Positions 1 to 10,700 of a stretch of 64,000 nt of DNA are shown here, in pieces. The first letter of the stretch is position 1; every line of letters starts with the position of its first letter. Under the pieces are notes generated by a model. It was not told the origin of the DNA. It worked only from the letters and a program-made list of their open reading frames with translations, and searched no databases. The stretch comes from a virus (lineage: Duplodnaviria > Heunggongvirae > Uroviricota > Caudoviricetes): the IMG/VR virus record IMGVR_UViG_3300023707_000001; one strand, 5' to 3'. The position numbers and the translations under genes are program-made.

Positions 1-3000
1 GGCAACGTAGTACCCAACCCGGATTATATTTTCTCACCGGAAAATATCGAGCCAGGAAGAATGGCCAAGGCTGGCGACATCTTCTATGTGCAAAAAGGCG
101 TAATGAAAAACACCGCAACCGGCGGTATGAGTTTCGTCGTGGACGGAATGACCGGTGATATTCGTTTTGACGGCATACGTTTCGATAACAAGGGGAAACT
201 GCAAACAAATAGAAACCTTGTTACGCCGGCACTTAAGAGCAATACATATGCCATGCTTGCTGGTGCAAAAGAGATTTCCATTGATAGCGCTATCGGCAGA
301 GAATATGCAAAGCTAAAGGATACGGCCGGTACAGATAAGCTCATTGCCCTGATGTTTTATCAGTATGGCAAAGCATATCAAGGAGACGCTGACGGAAAAC
401 TCAAAGACCTGAATGTATGGGTCGGCACACGTGCGGAAGCAGAAGAATTCTTAGGCAATAACCCATATGTTGGTTCCGTAGTTCCACAGAGCACACCCAA
501 AACTCTGGGAGATTGGAGAAAAATATCCACTCAGAACCAATATACTGACACAACGGAAGTTTCCGATGTTGTAAAAAACAAGTTCGGTAAAGAACTTGAA
601 GAAGGCGGTCTCGCAAGCTTTAATAAAGCAGTGGCTTCGTCCAATGCTACAAAGCAGGCAGACTCAGCAAGTAACTGGCTCCGTAATCTGGACTATGATA
701 AGGCAATAGCGTCACTAGAATACCTGTCGCAGCTTAACTACGAGGTAAATGGGCGCAATATAACGGGCGGAATTTCTGAATATGCCGTAAACTATCTCGG
801 AAAGGCACTGACCAGCAAAAAAGCGTTAACGGATACCTTTAAGATGTTTAAGCCTAATAAGGCTAATGAGGTATTAACGCAAACAATAGCAAATGCAACG
901 TATTCAGCTGGATATCTGTACTCGGTCCAAGATATTCTGAAAAAGTCAACCGAGCTTGCATTGCAGCTTGCAGGTAGTGGCGACGAAAAGAAAAATGTCC
1001 GAAATTATTACTTCAGGCAGATTTACGAAAACGCACTCTCTGTACTTGCTGAAGAAGTTGGCAAAATAAACGGCGTTAACTATACACCTGCACAGGCTTA
1101 CGGACAGTTAATGAAGGGCGAGATGCGGACAGGAAAGCAAGCTCGCTCCGCACTTTTGGATATTTCCAGCATTATGCCAGCAAAAGCCAGAGCAGTGGCT
1201 GGACTTAACACGCCTACCGGCACGTTCTTTGAGATTGACCCACATGAGACGGAGCCACACTGGGTAAGCCGTCTTGATAAAATGCTGCAGACGGACAATC
1301 GCGCAACCGCTGTCCGTAAACTCGGTGGGCTGATTGCAAAGCAGTATGGAGAAGTAGGCGGGGAAGTAAGAGAACTGCCAAAGAGACTTGCTGGGATGGT
1401 TACTGAACCATCTGCAATGATGCTCGAAATCAATAAAACGTTGCAGCTGATTCAGAAAAAAGTTCCCGGACTTCTCAGACAACCGGAAACAAAGTACATC
1501 GATACGATAAATGGCCCCGCCCCCATTGTGGAAGCTAAAAAGCTTCTCACCAAGAAAAAACGGGAAGCCATTGAAAAAAAGATGTACGATATCAGTGGTA
1601 TCGCAAATGGGGCAAATGGTAACGCCTCACTTGAAAACCTGGTTGACCAGATAACCGAGTCGCTTTTTGCCCAGACAAGCCGTTTTGATTTGGTCGGCAA
1701 TAAAGTAAGCGACGATGCGTTAAGCGAACTGATATCGCATGGATATTCTTCCTGGGAAGCGGAAGAAATTATCCGTGACCGTGATAAGCGTAAAGGCGCA
1801 ACGAAACGATACGTCCGCAACGCCCTGACACCAATCCTTAGTGGCGGCGGTCAGGTTGCCTACCGGTTCAATCCTGACACCATGCACCTTGAGCTTGTCG
1901 ACACGGCAACGAGCACTCCGTTCGACATGTCCAATATGCTGCCGAAAGAAAGGTACGACAGCAAAACAGGACGCTTTTATACGCAGTTTGGTCAGGCACA
2001 AATCGCAACGATAAAAACCCTGGGGCGCAGCGTTGACAAAAATGGCGAAACGGGCTTTAGAATGCTTTCGCAGATTGATGTGGCAGCAAATCACCTGTTC
2101 CGTTTTGCGCAGTATGCTACAAACTCTGGCCGTACCGGCAGTGAAAATATTGGTACGCTGCAGTGGGTAATGAAGAAGGCTATTGACCTTGTTCGCCCGG
2201 ATGGCGTAACGAGGTTCGACCACCAAGACCAGCGTTTCGGGTTAATGCTCGACTTCATGCCGCTCGTAAAAGAGTTTGGGTATTTCCAGTCGCTGGGTGC
2301 ATTCAATCAGTTGAACCTTAGTCAGAAGACAAAAGATGTTCTGCTGAACATGGCCGGCCGTCTTGAATACGAAAACCAAAACGCCAAGTTTGGTGCGGTT
2401 AAGGCACTTAAAGATGTAAAACCGGATGAGCTTGAAGCCATCTATAAGGATTTTGATGTTATCTTTGGCGCACTTGCCGAAGACACAGATTTTTCCAAGG
2501 CAGTCTTTGGTGCAATAGACGGCAGCGATAAAAAATATATTCAGTCAAGGCTTGCTCACTTAAACATTGCGGATATTAAGAACCCTGCAAAAGCACTGGC
2601 TTCCTTTACCACAACCGGCCTTGGAGCAACGACATTTGCAGGAAAAGATAATCGTTCTGTCGGCATTGCTGCAGCCAGAGCTCACTCCATGGATTTGGAT
2701 AGCTTCTATGAAGAAGATGATGAGTACAGAAAACTGGTTCGTGGCGGAAAAGCGCTCCTTACGGAAATGGAAGCGGCCAACATTGACAGAAACGGTTTGT
2801 ATGGCGCAGTCCGTACCCATGGCGTAAATATCGATACATCTGTATATGAAGCCGCAATAAACGCAAATCTGGACAAGCTTGCGGATTTGGAAGATGGTTC
2901 GGCCATAATCCGATTCCTTAACGAAAACGGCTCTATCGCCAATCCGCGATTGCAGCATTTGTTCCCTAAAAATATAAACCAGAAACACCAGACGGTTGGG

Positions 3001-6000
3001 CTTATTGATGTTGATGAGCTTCACGGCGTAGCGGTACGAAGCGCAATCGAAGCGGAAGAAAAAATCCGTCGCTCTACCGAAGAAGTTATTGAGATTGCCA
3101 AAAACGGCGGCAAGATTAACTTCAGCTACACAAATGAGGCCGACAAGCAAAAAGGCTGGGCGTATGTCCAGAGGGACGATATTATCGCCTGGGATAAAAG
3201 CTACGTTGGTGAGCCATCCAAGGTACGGGCAGACCGTGAAGGATTCCTGTATAAACGTTACTTTAGAGACGGCCGCGAAATCGACGAGGCTGAAATCAAT
3301 GAAGTATTAAACCGGCATGCTGGTGAGTTTGCAGAATATGGCCGCGACGTTACGTCCAGAAATAATGCAGAAATCAGGCAGAAGGCAGCAGGTATTCTTG
3401 CAAACGAAGGGTATAGCCTCCGCTATATTGTTAAATCAGGCAACCTGCTCAATTATCAGAAAGTAATTGATAACGGAGAAAAATCAGTAGCCGACTTCCT
3501 GACTATGCGCCTTGGCGGGTACGATAAAGAAATCGGTGCGCTTCTTAAGCCTGCGGATGATATAGGGACTCCCAGAACGCTTCGGCCAACAATGGAAGCA
3601 CTGAAGGACATTGACCACTTCAATAGCTTCCTTGTTGCAAATGGTTACCAGGGGATAACTCAGGCCTCACTCGATGCAATAGAATCGGTTAAGGGTGACT
3701 GGAATAAGTTCAGGAAAAAGGTATTCGATGAACAATCTGTATACTTCGACCGTGTAGCGGAAATCCTTCACTCGTCAGGTTTTATTAGCGATAGCGTCTA
3801 TAAGAACGGCGCCCTTGGTATAATCAGCACCGCTATGCAGGAGCAGATGAAAGGCTCCCACCGTGAAGGCGAGCGAATCGAAGCAAGGCTTGCTGATGCC
3901 ATCGAGGCAAAAGCCTGGGAAATTTTTAATACCGACGGCCGGGTTAAAAAAATTGATACCGCCTATAAGAGAGCTTCCGATGAAATCTTTACCCAGTTAA
4001 GGGATGCTGGGGTATTCAAAGATAAAGACGGAAATAACATTCTTGCAAACTTTGACCCGAAGGGCAAGAGGAAGTTCGACGGTGTCGTCCTAAGCAATGA
4101 CCTTTACAGTATCGATGTAGAAGCACTTGATGCAGTTATTAAGCCTTACGTAGAGCGCAACAAGATTACTGCGGACCAGGTTGATAAGAGCGTGCGAGCA
4201 ACTATCGCCGAAACGCTCAGAGATAGTGCGTCCATCATGATGGACAAAAAAGAAGCCGCTTATGCCGAGGGAAAATTATCGGAAAAGGCTTACGCAAAAG
4301 CCCAAAAAGATTTTGAAGATGCTAAGGAAAAGGCTGACCGTATCGCTGCCGGTGATAAAAACGAAGTCCTTGGTTATAACAAGACTTCCGGACTTGCTCC
4401 TGCAGCCGATGCAGACGAAGTTGGCTTAAACAATGGCCATAACAGCAAGGGTGTAAAAATGACTCGCCGTCTCGCGCAGAACCTCAACCAGGAGGTTATG
4501 GATGAGACGGGTCTTGACGCTATTCGGGTAGCCTATGAAAAAATGCTGCAGAATGCCTCGTCTGAAAGCGAACAGAGCGAAATCGTAGACCGGTTCAATC
4601 GTCGATATAAAGATTTTGGCATCTCTGCAAAATGGAATGCCGAAAATGGTACGCTTACTGCAGATTATGGCGAACCAGGAAAACTGCGCCGCGTCAATGC
4701 AGCCATCATCAAGAACATGGAAGAAGAGATAGTCCGTGGTCAGGGTTTTGGCGCAATCTGGGGTGAAGGCCTTAATGAAAGCGGTGTTCGTGGTGTTATT
4801 ATCGATGGCCATATCCACGAAGATGATTTACGTGAATTGAAAGAGCGCGGTATCAGTGAAGAATCTATCGGCACAATGATTAAAGCCTATGAGGAAGCTC
4901 ATGGTGCTAAGATTATTGGTATGAATAACTTCCTCAGCCAGTATTCCTATCAGGCCAGCGCAGCTGCCAATGAGTTTAATGTGCAGATGGCTAAGGCTGA
5001 AACGGACGCTGAAAAGGCCGAGCTCATTGAACGCTTCACAAAACAGAACCCGGACTTCTCATTGAGGCGTATCGGCGACCTGCACACGGATAGACAATAC
5101 ATTCAAAACGACCCGTTAAATCCCACAAACCGCAACATGATTATCGATTTGGGTGAAAACACAAAACAGCGATATGTTGCAGTTCCGTTGGAAAATCTTT
5201 CCGTAATGGATGCGTCAAGTGGCGCAGGGGTAGTTTCCAGTTCTGAAATCAGAAGTTCAATTGGTTCACTGGCTCACTATTATCACGAACGAGTTCATCG
5301 TGGAGCTACCGTAAGCGAATTCTATCAAGAGGAATTTGATAAGGGCGTCGATAAGCTGTTAAAAGCAGTTGTTAACCTTTCTGTTCACAAAGAAGGTGCG
5401 GCAGCCCAGGTAACCAGTGATTATATCACAGGGTCTGGTACGTTTAAGGCGGATATTATCCGTATGACGGCTGACAATACCTTTGAGACAATAACCCGTA
5501 ATGCGGCCGGGGAAATCACGTATGGCGGCAAGAAACAAGAATTCAGCTTGATGAATACCGCAACGGTTGATGGAATGAGCCTTGCCGAACATGCAAGACT
5601 TGGCCATAACATCAATGCTACATTCCTGGGTGAGGACTTCTTCCTTAATGCACTCCAGGATGACAGTATGAATAACATCTTTGCCGAACTTGGTATAAGT
5701 GACGGCAAGGCTACAGTTCATAACTATCTGGATAACATCAATAATGGCGGCGGTCTTGGTCTCCAGATGCGTCAGCCTGCAGAGTACAACACCTCTGTTG
5801 GCGGTTCCTACTTATTCCTCGATAGAACCTTATCCCGCAACCAGGCGCGTGTCACTCAGGCAACGCTTGCTGGCCAGAACGGCGATAAGGACGGCGACTT
5901 GGTATATGCGCTCCTTGCCCGTGCAGATGCCGAGATTCGGATAACAGGAATCAACGAGGAAGGTGAAGAGGTTGTACTGAAATCTTTCAATGCCCGTATC

Positions 6001-7707
6001 AACAATCTCCAGAAGGGGCTTATTGAGAAAAACATTGATGCAGTAAAAGCAGGAATTTCAAATATCGATAAATACTCTGATGTTCAGCTTAGTGTAAACT
6101 TTGCTGACGGTGACCCGTTTGAAGCTTATGCTCGTTCAGCTGAAACAATCGGAACATCGTCCCTCACCGGTATCAATCGTGACGTGCTCGCGCTGAACGA
6201 TTTGGATGAGGCCATTAGAGTTCGCAATGAAACTGCGGAAATAATGGTCGGCGGCGTGGTACGGAATTCCAGTAAACTTACCATCAGCGAACGCAATAAG
6301 CTCAATGAAGCATTTGAGCAGGAGATTCAGGGCAGTGAAGAATTCCAGAAAGCTATTGAACAGTATAATAGCAAATATGACAAAGATGTAACCCTTGAAA
6401 CTTTGTCGGCAGACGACCTGGCTACAAGATTAGACAAGAATAAAAAAACCAAAGAATTTGAAAAAATTGAAGGTATCGCAGACATATACTTGGAAAACAA
6501 GTACGGCGGTAAAACTGATTCGGAAGCTTATGGCCGGGAAGCAGAAATTCTTGCCAATCATGTAAATAAGCTGAATATCGACGATGAAATTGCGGCCCAT
6601 ATGGGCAGGGAGCGGGCAGGTATCTTCAACATGAATACCTATCGTACTACTCAGGTTGCTCATATTATCCGAGACCATGGACTTGATAATGGGCTTACAG
6701 ATGAAGACCTCAATATCATCAACCAGTTCATGGTTCACGTAAAAGAAGCTGGCCAGGCTCCAAAGAACGCAACGGCGAATGCTTCTACTCTGGAAGGACT
6801 CGATACGGCCCTGAAAGACTTCTGGGGTATTGGTACTGGCAGAAACGGTACAGTATATCAGAAGCAGGCCGACGCAACAAAACTTAACGAACTGATTGAC
6901 GAGGTTTATGCGGGCGGCATTAAGGAGTTTAAAAAGCTTCCTGACCGCATGAAGGACCCGGAAACGGGTACGGTAAGCGCTGAGCGCATCAAAGAAGCGT
7001 TCAGTCACCTACTTCCGGAAGGCAGTGCCCTGAGCGGTGAGCTTTACAAGGCCCTCCGCGTTGGTTATGCCATGGATATGTCCTACACTAACGTCGGCAC
7101 GCCCGATGAAGGGGATATGCTCTACAGGGCAAACCAGATAAAGGATAAGTGGGTTGAGTCAATCGGTTTTGATGATGCAAAAACCCGCCAGCTGGATATA
7201 TTAACCAACCCTGTCGGTTCCAGTTTCACCGATACGCCATATACACCCGATGAATTTATCGGCGACCTGCCGGAAGGGGAGGTTCCGATTGGCGACCAGG
7301 TTCGAGGGCTTATGAGCTCCATAAAGAAAAACTTTAAGGGGCATGGAGCAATCGCAGCACTTGGTTTAGCAGGTGTTACTATGGCCATGGGTATGGCGGG
7401 CGGAGCACCGACCGCTCCTCCTGCAACACAGGGACAGGCTAAGGGAATTCAGCAGGAAAATGCGGTTTACGAAATCCCAAGTACAATGAGTATGCAGGGC
7501 GTACAAAGTGGGGCAAACCAGTCTTATATCATCAATGTAAATGCTTCTACGGACAAAGGCCGGGACTTTGCAACAAACGTAATCAACCAGGCGTTTGCCA
7601 ATATGCCGCAATCGGCAGGAGGCAACACAATGACTATGAATATTAAAGACTCGTCTAGTAATATCGGCTACAGTGATATTGCTTCGTATGTCTCAAACAT
7701 GCTTTAA
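1..7707 (+). CDS. Giant single-polypeptide two-barrel (beta+beta'-like) RNA polymerase, probably virion-associated and possibly fused to a tape-measure protein; 5'-truncated
   Basis: Frame is open from base 1 (GNVVPNPDY...), so the true start is probably upstream. Motifs in order: LNENGSIANPRL (~2917-2952), SBHM/flap-like GWAYVQRDDII..VRADREG (3154-3243), QKVIDNGEKSV (K at 3460 and 3481), KEGAAAQVTSDYITGSG (5389-5439), MRQP (5767-5778), NGDKDGD (5878-5898). Confidence 0.72.
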   Translation, partial: GNVVPNPDYIFSPENIEPGRMAKAGDIFYVQKGVMKNTATGGMSFVVDGMTGDIRFDGIRFDNKGKLQTNRNLVTPALKSNTYAMLAGAKEISIDSAIGREYAKLKDTAGTDKLIALMFYQYGKAYQGDADGKLKDLNVWVGTRAEAEEFLGNNPYVGSVVPQSTPKTLGDWRKISTQNQYTDTTEVSDVVKNKFGKELEEGGLASFNKAVASSNATKQADSASNWLRNLDYDKAIASLEYLSQLNYEVNGRNITGGISEYAVNYLGKALTSKKALTDTFKMFKPNKANEVLTQTIANATYSAGYLYSVQDILKKSTELALQLAGSGDEKKNVRNYYFRQIYENALSVLAEEVGKINGVNYTPAQAYGQLMKGEMRTGKQARSALLDISSIMPAKARAVAGLNTPTGTFFEIDPHETEPHWVSRLDKMLQTDNRATAVRKLGGLIAKQYGEVGGEVRELPKRLAGMVTEPSAMMLEINKTLQLIQKKVPGLLRQPETKYIDTINGPAPIVEAKKLLTKKKREAIEKKMYDISGIANGANGNASLENLVDQITESLFAQTSRFDLVGNKVSDDALSELISHGYSSWEAEEIIRDRDKRKGATKRYVRNALTPILSGGGQVAYRFNPDTMHLELVDTATSTPFDMSNMLPKERYDSKTGRFYTQFGQAQIATIKTLGRSVDKNGETGFRMLSQIDVAANHLFRFAQYATNSGRTGSENIGTLQWVMKKAIDLVRPDGVTRFDHQDQRFGLMLDFMPLVKEFGYFQSLGAFNQLNLSQKTKDVLLNMAGRLEYENQNAKFGAVKALKDVKPDELEAIYKDFDVIFGALAEDTDFSKAVFGAIDGSDKKYIQSRLAHLNIADIKNPAKALASFTTTGLGATTFAGKDNRSVGIAAARAHSMDLDSFYEEDDEYRKLVRGGKALLTEMEAANIDRNGLYGAVRTHGVNIDTSVYEAAINANLDKLADLEDGSAIIRFLNENGSIANPRLQHLFPKNINQKHQTVGLIDVDELHGVAVRSAIEAEEKIRRSTEEVIEIAKNGGKINFSYTNEADKQKGWAYVQRDDIIAWDKSYVGEPSKVRADREGFLYKRYFRDGREIDEAEINEVLNRHAGEFAEYGRDVTSRNNAEIRQKAAGILANEGYSLRYIVKSGNLLNYQKVIDNGEKSVADFLTMRLGGYDKEIGALLKPADDIGTPRTLRPTMEALKDIDHFNSFLVANGYQGITQASLDAIESVKGDWNKFRKKVFDEQSVYFDRVAEILHSSGFISDSVYKNGALGIISTAMQEQMKGSHREGERIEARLADAIEAKAWEIFNTDGRVKKIDTAYKRASDEIFTQLRDAGVFKDKDGNNILANFDPKGKRKFDGVVLSNDLYSIDVEALDAVIKPYVERNKITADQVDKSVRATIAETLRDSASIMMDKKEAAYAEGKLSEKAYAKAQKDFEDAKEKADRIAAGDKNEVLGYNKTSGLAPAADADEVGLNNGHNSKGVKMTRRLAQNLNQEVMDETGLDAIRVAYEKMLQNASSESEQSEIVDRFNRRYKDFGISAKWNAENGTLTADYGEPGKLRRVNAAIIKNMEEEIVRGQGFGAIWGEGLNESGVRGVIIDGHIHEDDLRELKERGISEESIGTMIKAYEEAHGAKIIGMNNFLSQYSYQASAAANEFNVQMAKAETDAEKAELIERFTKQNPDFSLRRIGDLHTDRQYIQNDPLNPTNRNMIIDLGENTKQRYVAVPLENLSVMDASSGAGVVSSSEIRSSIGSLAHYYHERVHRGATVSEFYQEEFDKGVDKLLKAVVNLSVHKEGAAAQVTSDYITGSGTFKADIIRMTADNTFETITRNAAGEITYGGKKQEFSLMNTATVDGMSLAEHARLGHNINATFLGEDFFLNALQDDSMNNIFAELGISDGKATVHNYLDNINNGGGLGLQMRQPAEYNTSVGGSYLFLDRTLSRNQARVTQATLAGQNGDKDGDLVYALLARADAEIRITGINEEGEEVVLKSFNARINNLQKGLIEKNIDAVKAGISNIDKYSDVQLSVNFADGDPFEAYARSAETIGTSSLTGINRDVLALNDLDEAIRVRNETAEIMVGGVVRNSSKLTISERNKLNEAFEQEIQGSEEFQKAIEQYNSKYDKDVTLETLSADDLATRLDKNKKTKEFEKIEGIADIYLENKYGGKTDSEAYGREAEILANHVNKLNIDDEIAAHMGRERAGIFNMNTYRTTQVAHIIRDHGLDNGLTDEDLNIINQFMVHVKEAGQAPKNATANASTLEGLDTALKDFWGIGTGRNGTVYQKQADATKLNELIDEVYAGGIKEFKKLPDRMKDPETGTVSAERIKEAFSHLLPEGSALSGELYKALRVGYAMDMSYTNVGTPDEGDMLYRANQIKDKWVESIGFDDAKTRQLDILTNPVGSSFTDTPYTPDEFIGDLPEGEVPIGDQVRGLMSSIKKNFKGHGAIAALGLAGVTMAMGMAGGAPTAPPATQGQAKGIQQENAVYEIPSTMSMQGVQSGANQSYIINVNASTDKGRDFATNVINQAFANMPQSAGGNTMTMNIKDSSSNIGYSDIASYVSNML

Positions 7708-7714
7708 GATACAA

Positions 7715-7748
7715 GCGGACCAAAGCAATGACTTTGGTCCGTTTTTTT
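7715..7748 (+). terminator. Rho-independent terminator
   Basis: GCGGACCAAAG-caatga-CTTTGGTCCGT stem-loop with a T7 tract, just after the ORF1 stop. Confidence 0.8.
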
Positions 7749-7769
7749 ATATAAGTCGGAGGAAAGTAA

Positions 7770-10700
7770 ATGGTAACGGATAGTCTTAATCCTGCAATCG
7801 GGCTTCCCGATATGGGAGATTTTTATTACGATGCACCTGACCAGGAATCGTATTTTGGTGAAATGGATAGAAACTTGAACTCTATACGGCGGGATCGGGC
7901 CAATACTGCAGAAGCGTATAAGTTCTACCAAGAAGACCCTCCGCAGCCGGGAGCTGACGAAAAAGGCAAAGTATTTGTCTTCGACATTGAACTTGGCGGT
8001 AAAGGTATCGGTGATGACGATGAAACAGTTGCCGGTATTAAAGTCGATGATGGTGATACGCTTGCTATTCCTGTTGGGAGCATACATGCCGCTGACGAAA
8101 AGAGCGAAAAGTATTTAAGCTACGTAAAGGGCTATGTCAGCACACATAATACCAGCGGAGAAGCTACCTCAATCAATGTTCGTTTTGCCGGCGTTGATAC
8201 CAAGGAATTGCCGCACTACAGAAAAGTAGAAATGTCGGAACTAAACAGCAAGGAAGTAGAAACGGTTAACCTTGCTGAAGCCCTCGGCAATAAAGATTAT
8301 ATGGTATCCAAGTATAAGAGCTGGATGCAGGTTAGAAAAACCATCGATGAATCTTATGATGGGTATAAAACCAAGGGCACATTCTTTGACTACTCGGAAA
8401 GCAGCGACAGCACAGTAACCGTTGTAAAACTCGATGATGGAAAATACCACCAGTACTTTTCAGACGGAACAAACGGTTATGTGTTAATCGCTAATGATAC
8501 GAACAATTACTCTCCGGAAACAATTGCCGATGCCGGCCTCGCACGCGATGTCGTAGTAAATGCGCTGAACGATGCAGAGGCTATGCGTATCGTTATAGAC
8601 GGCACGCAGATTACTCGTGACGGCGGAAACATCAAAACGATGTTCAACACCGACTTGTATGGCACAGGGCTTGAAAATGAAGCTCACCGCATGCTCGATA
8701 TGATGTTTGATTCTTATACAAAGCACCAGCGTCCGGGATTTAATACATGGGGGCAAGATGCGTACGGCCGCTGCATTAGTGCTGTATATGTAAAAATCAA
8801 AGGCAAGTGGATTAACCTCAACAAACTTGTTATCGCCGACACGAACATGACGGAGATTAACAAGTATAACAATGGCGACCAGGCTTCTACGGTTATTGAC
8901 CTGGATAGCTATGAGTATGATGCAAAAGAATATGCCGACAGTCTTTACGCAGACTCGAAAAAATTTGATGACCGCGAAAAAGTACAAAAACAGTTATTCA
9001 ATCAAACCTGGGAAGCCTTAAAGGAATGGACGGTAACGATTGGCGATGTGACACTTTTTGTGCCGCCCACAAGTATCCGTACCCTCACCCAGACGAAAGC
9101 AGAACGCACTCCTCTTATTCGCGCAAAAGGCTCCATGGCCAAAAGCGGAACAAAGAGCCAGCGTATTATTGAAATGGATTTGTACTTCAACGAAGACCGT
9201 GGCATTAACGGATATGAGTACAAGACTAATACTCGTGCAGATAATAAGGGCAAGGAAATCACCTACTGGATGAACGGCCTTCGTGCACTCTATGCACAGT
9301 TCCGTGTAGCGCCATTCCTTCCCATTGAAAACAATTATATCAATACTGTCCTTGGGGTGGATGCGGTATCTCTGCTGAGCTTTTCCTGCGAGACGGTTCC
9401 GAACTTCCCGAAACTTATCCGGGCCACAATTCAGCTCTCGGAATTTGAATATCGCGTTTATATGCCTGAAATTCCTTACGACCCGGGCGATGATGACGAA
9501 AAAGAAGTAAGAAACTATTTCAGCAAACAGATTAACTATCCTCTCTTCCGCTACTATTATCAGCGCTTAATCCGAAACGGCGAAGAACTCAAGGATGTAA
9601 AGTTCATGGACGAAAAGTACATCAAAAGTACTTTTGGCAATAAGACCTGCCTTGTCCCTGCAAAGTTTGTAGACCCGTACATTCGTTTTTACGTGCCGAA
9701 CAAGAATCAGCTCGAAAGGCTGAAAAAGGCAAAACTTGAGCGCATGGCCAGACCGAATACGGTTCGTGATATTACGAAGGCAGAGCTCGACTTTGCCGGC
9801 GAGATGGCCAAGATTAAAAATGAAATCGACTACATCAATTCATCACAGTCTCCATTGGACAAGATAAACGATTATCTGAAAAATCCAGAGCTGGACGGAT
9901 ATGTTCTGGGTGGCATCAATACCAAGATTATGATTGGTAAGGTTGATTCAACCACTAACAGTTTTGTCCCGGACCCGGAAAAGACGCGAGAATTTGAACG
10001 ACTGCTTGGGGAAGCTGTTAACAATTATGACGTTGGCCTCACCTCACTTAAGCGGGAAGATGGTATGCCACTGTGCCAAAAACAGGGCACGGTAAGTTCC
10101 GGCGCGACCAATTCTGACGGCTCTGTGTACAGTGTAGACTTTGCAATGAACGTCGAGGTTCCGAATATCTCGGAAGATTCCCTGAACAATCTGAGAACCT
10201 TGTCGACGGTATCGGGTGTCGCATCAGCAGATGAAATCTTCAAGAACCGGTGCCTGCATTTCAGACTTTCCGTGGATATGGGCGAAAGCGATATTGAATA
10301 TGCTTCAATCAAGATTAGATGTGCAAAGCTTGGCCAAAATGAAGGACTATTCTATTTCGATACGTCTGCTGACACAAGCTTTTTGAACTTCCTTGCGGAA
10401 GCGAATAATAAACAGGGCGTTGGCGGCAACGAAGATGCGAACAGCGCAAAAGCGTCTGTTGATTTTGTTAGCGCTGCAACATTACAGTTTGAGCCGTATA
10501 ATGAAGACCAGGATTTTCTGGTTGAGGCTATTCACATCAATACCAGCAACACATTCTCGCAAATCACCCTGCAGGAAACAAACGGGTATGCACCGCAGTA
10601 TATGGGCGGTACGGATGTAACAATTCAGTTAAGTCTGTATACGCAGAGCAAAAAGGCGGCGTCATCCATTAACGCCCTCCCGCAGGTTTCGGCGGAGTTT

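Noticed and set aside
7767-7778. AATGGTAAC as a third copy of the candidate promoter
   Set aside because: It overlaps the start codon and lacks the upstream CCAATARCGC block; probably coincidental.
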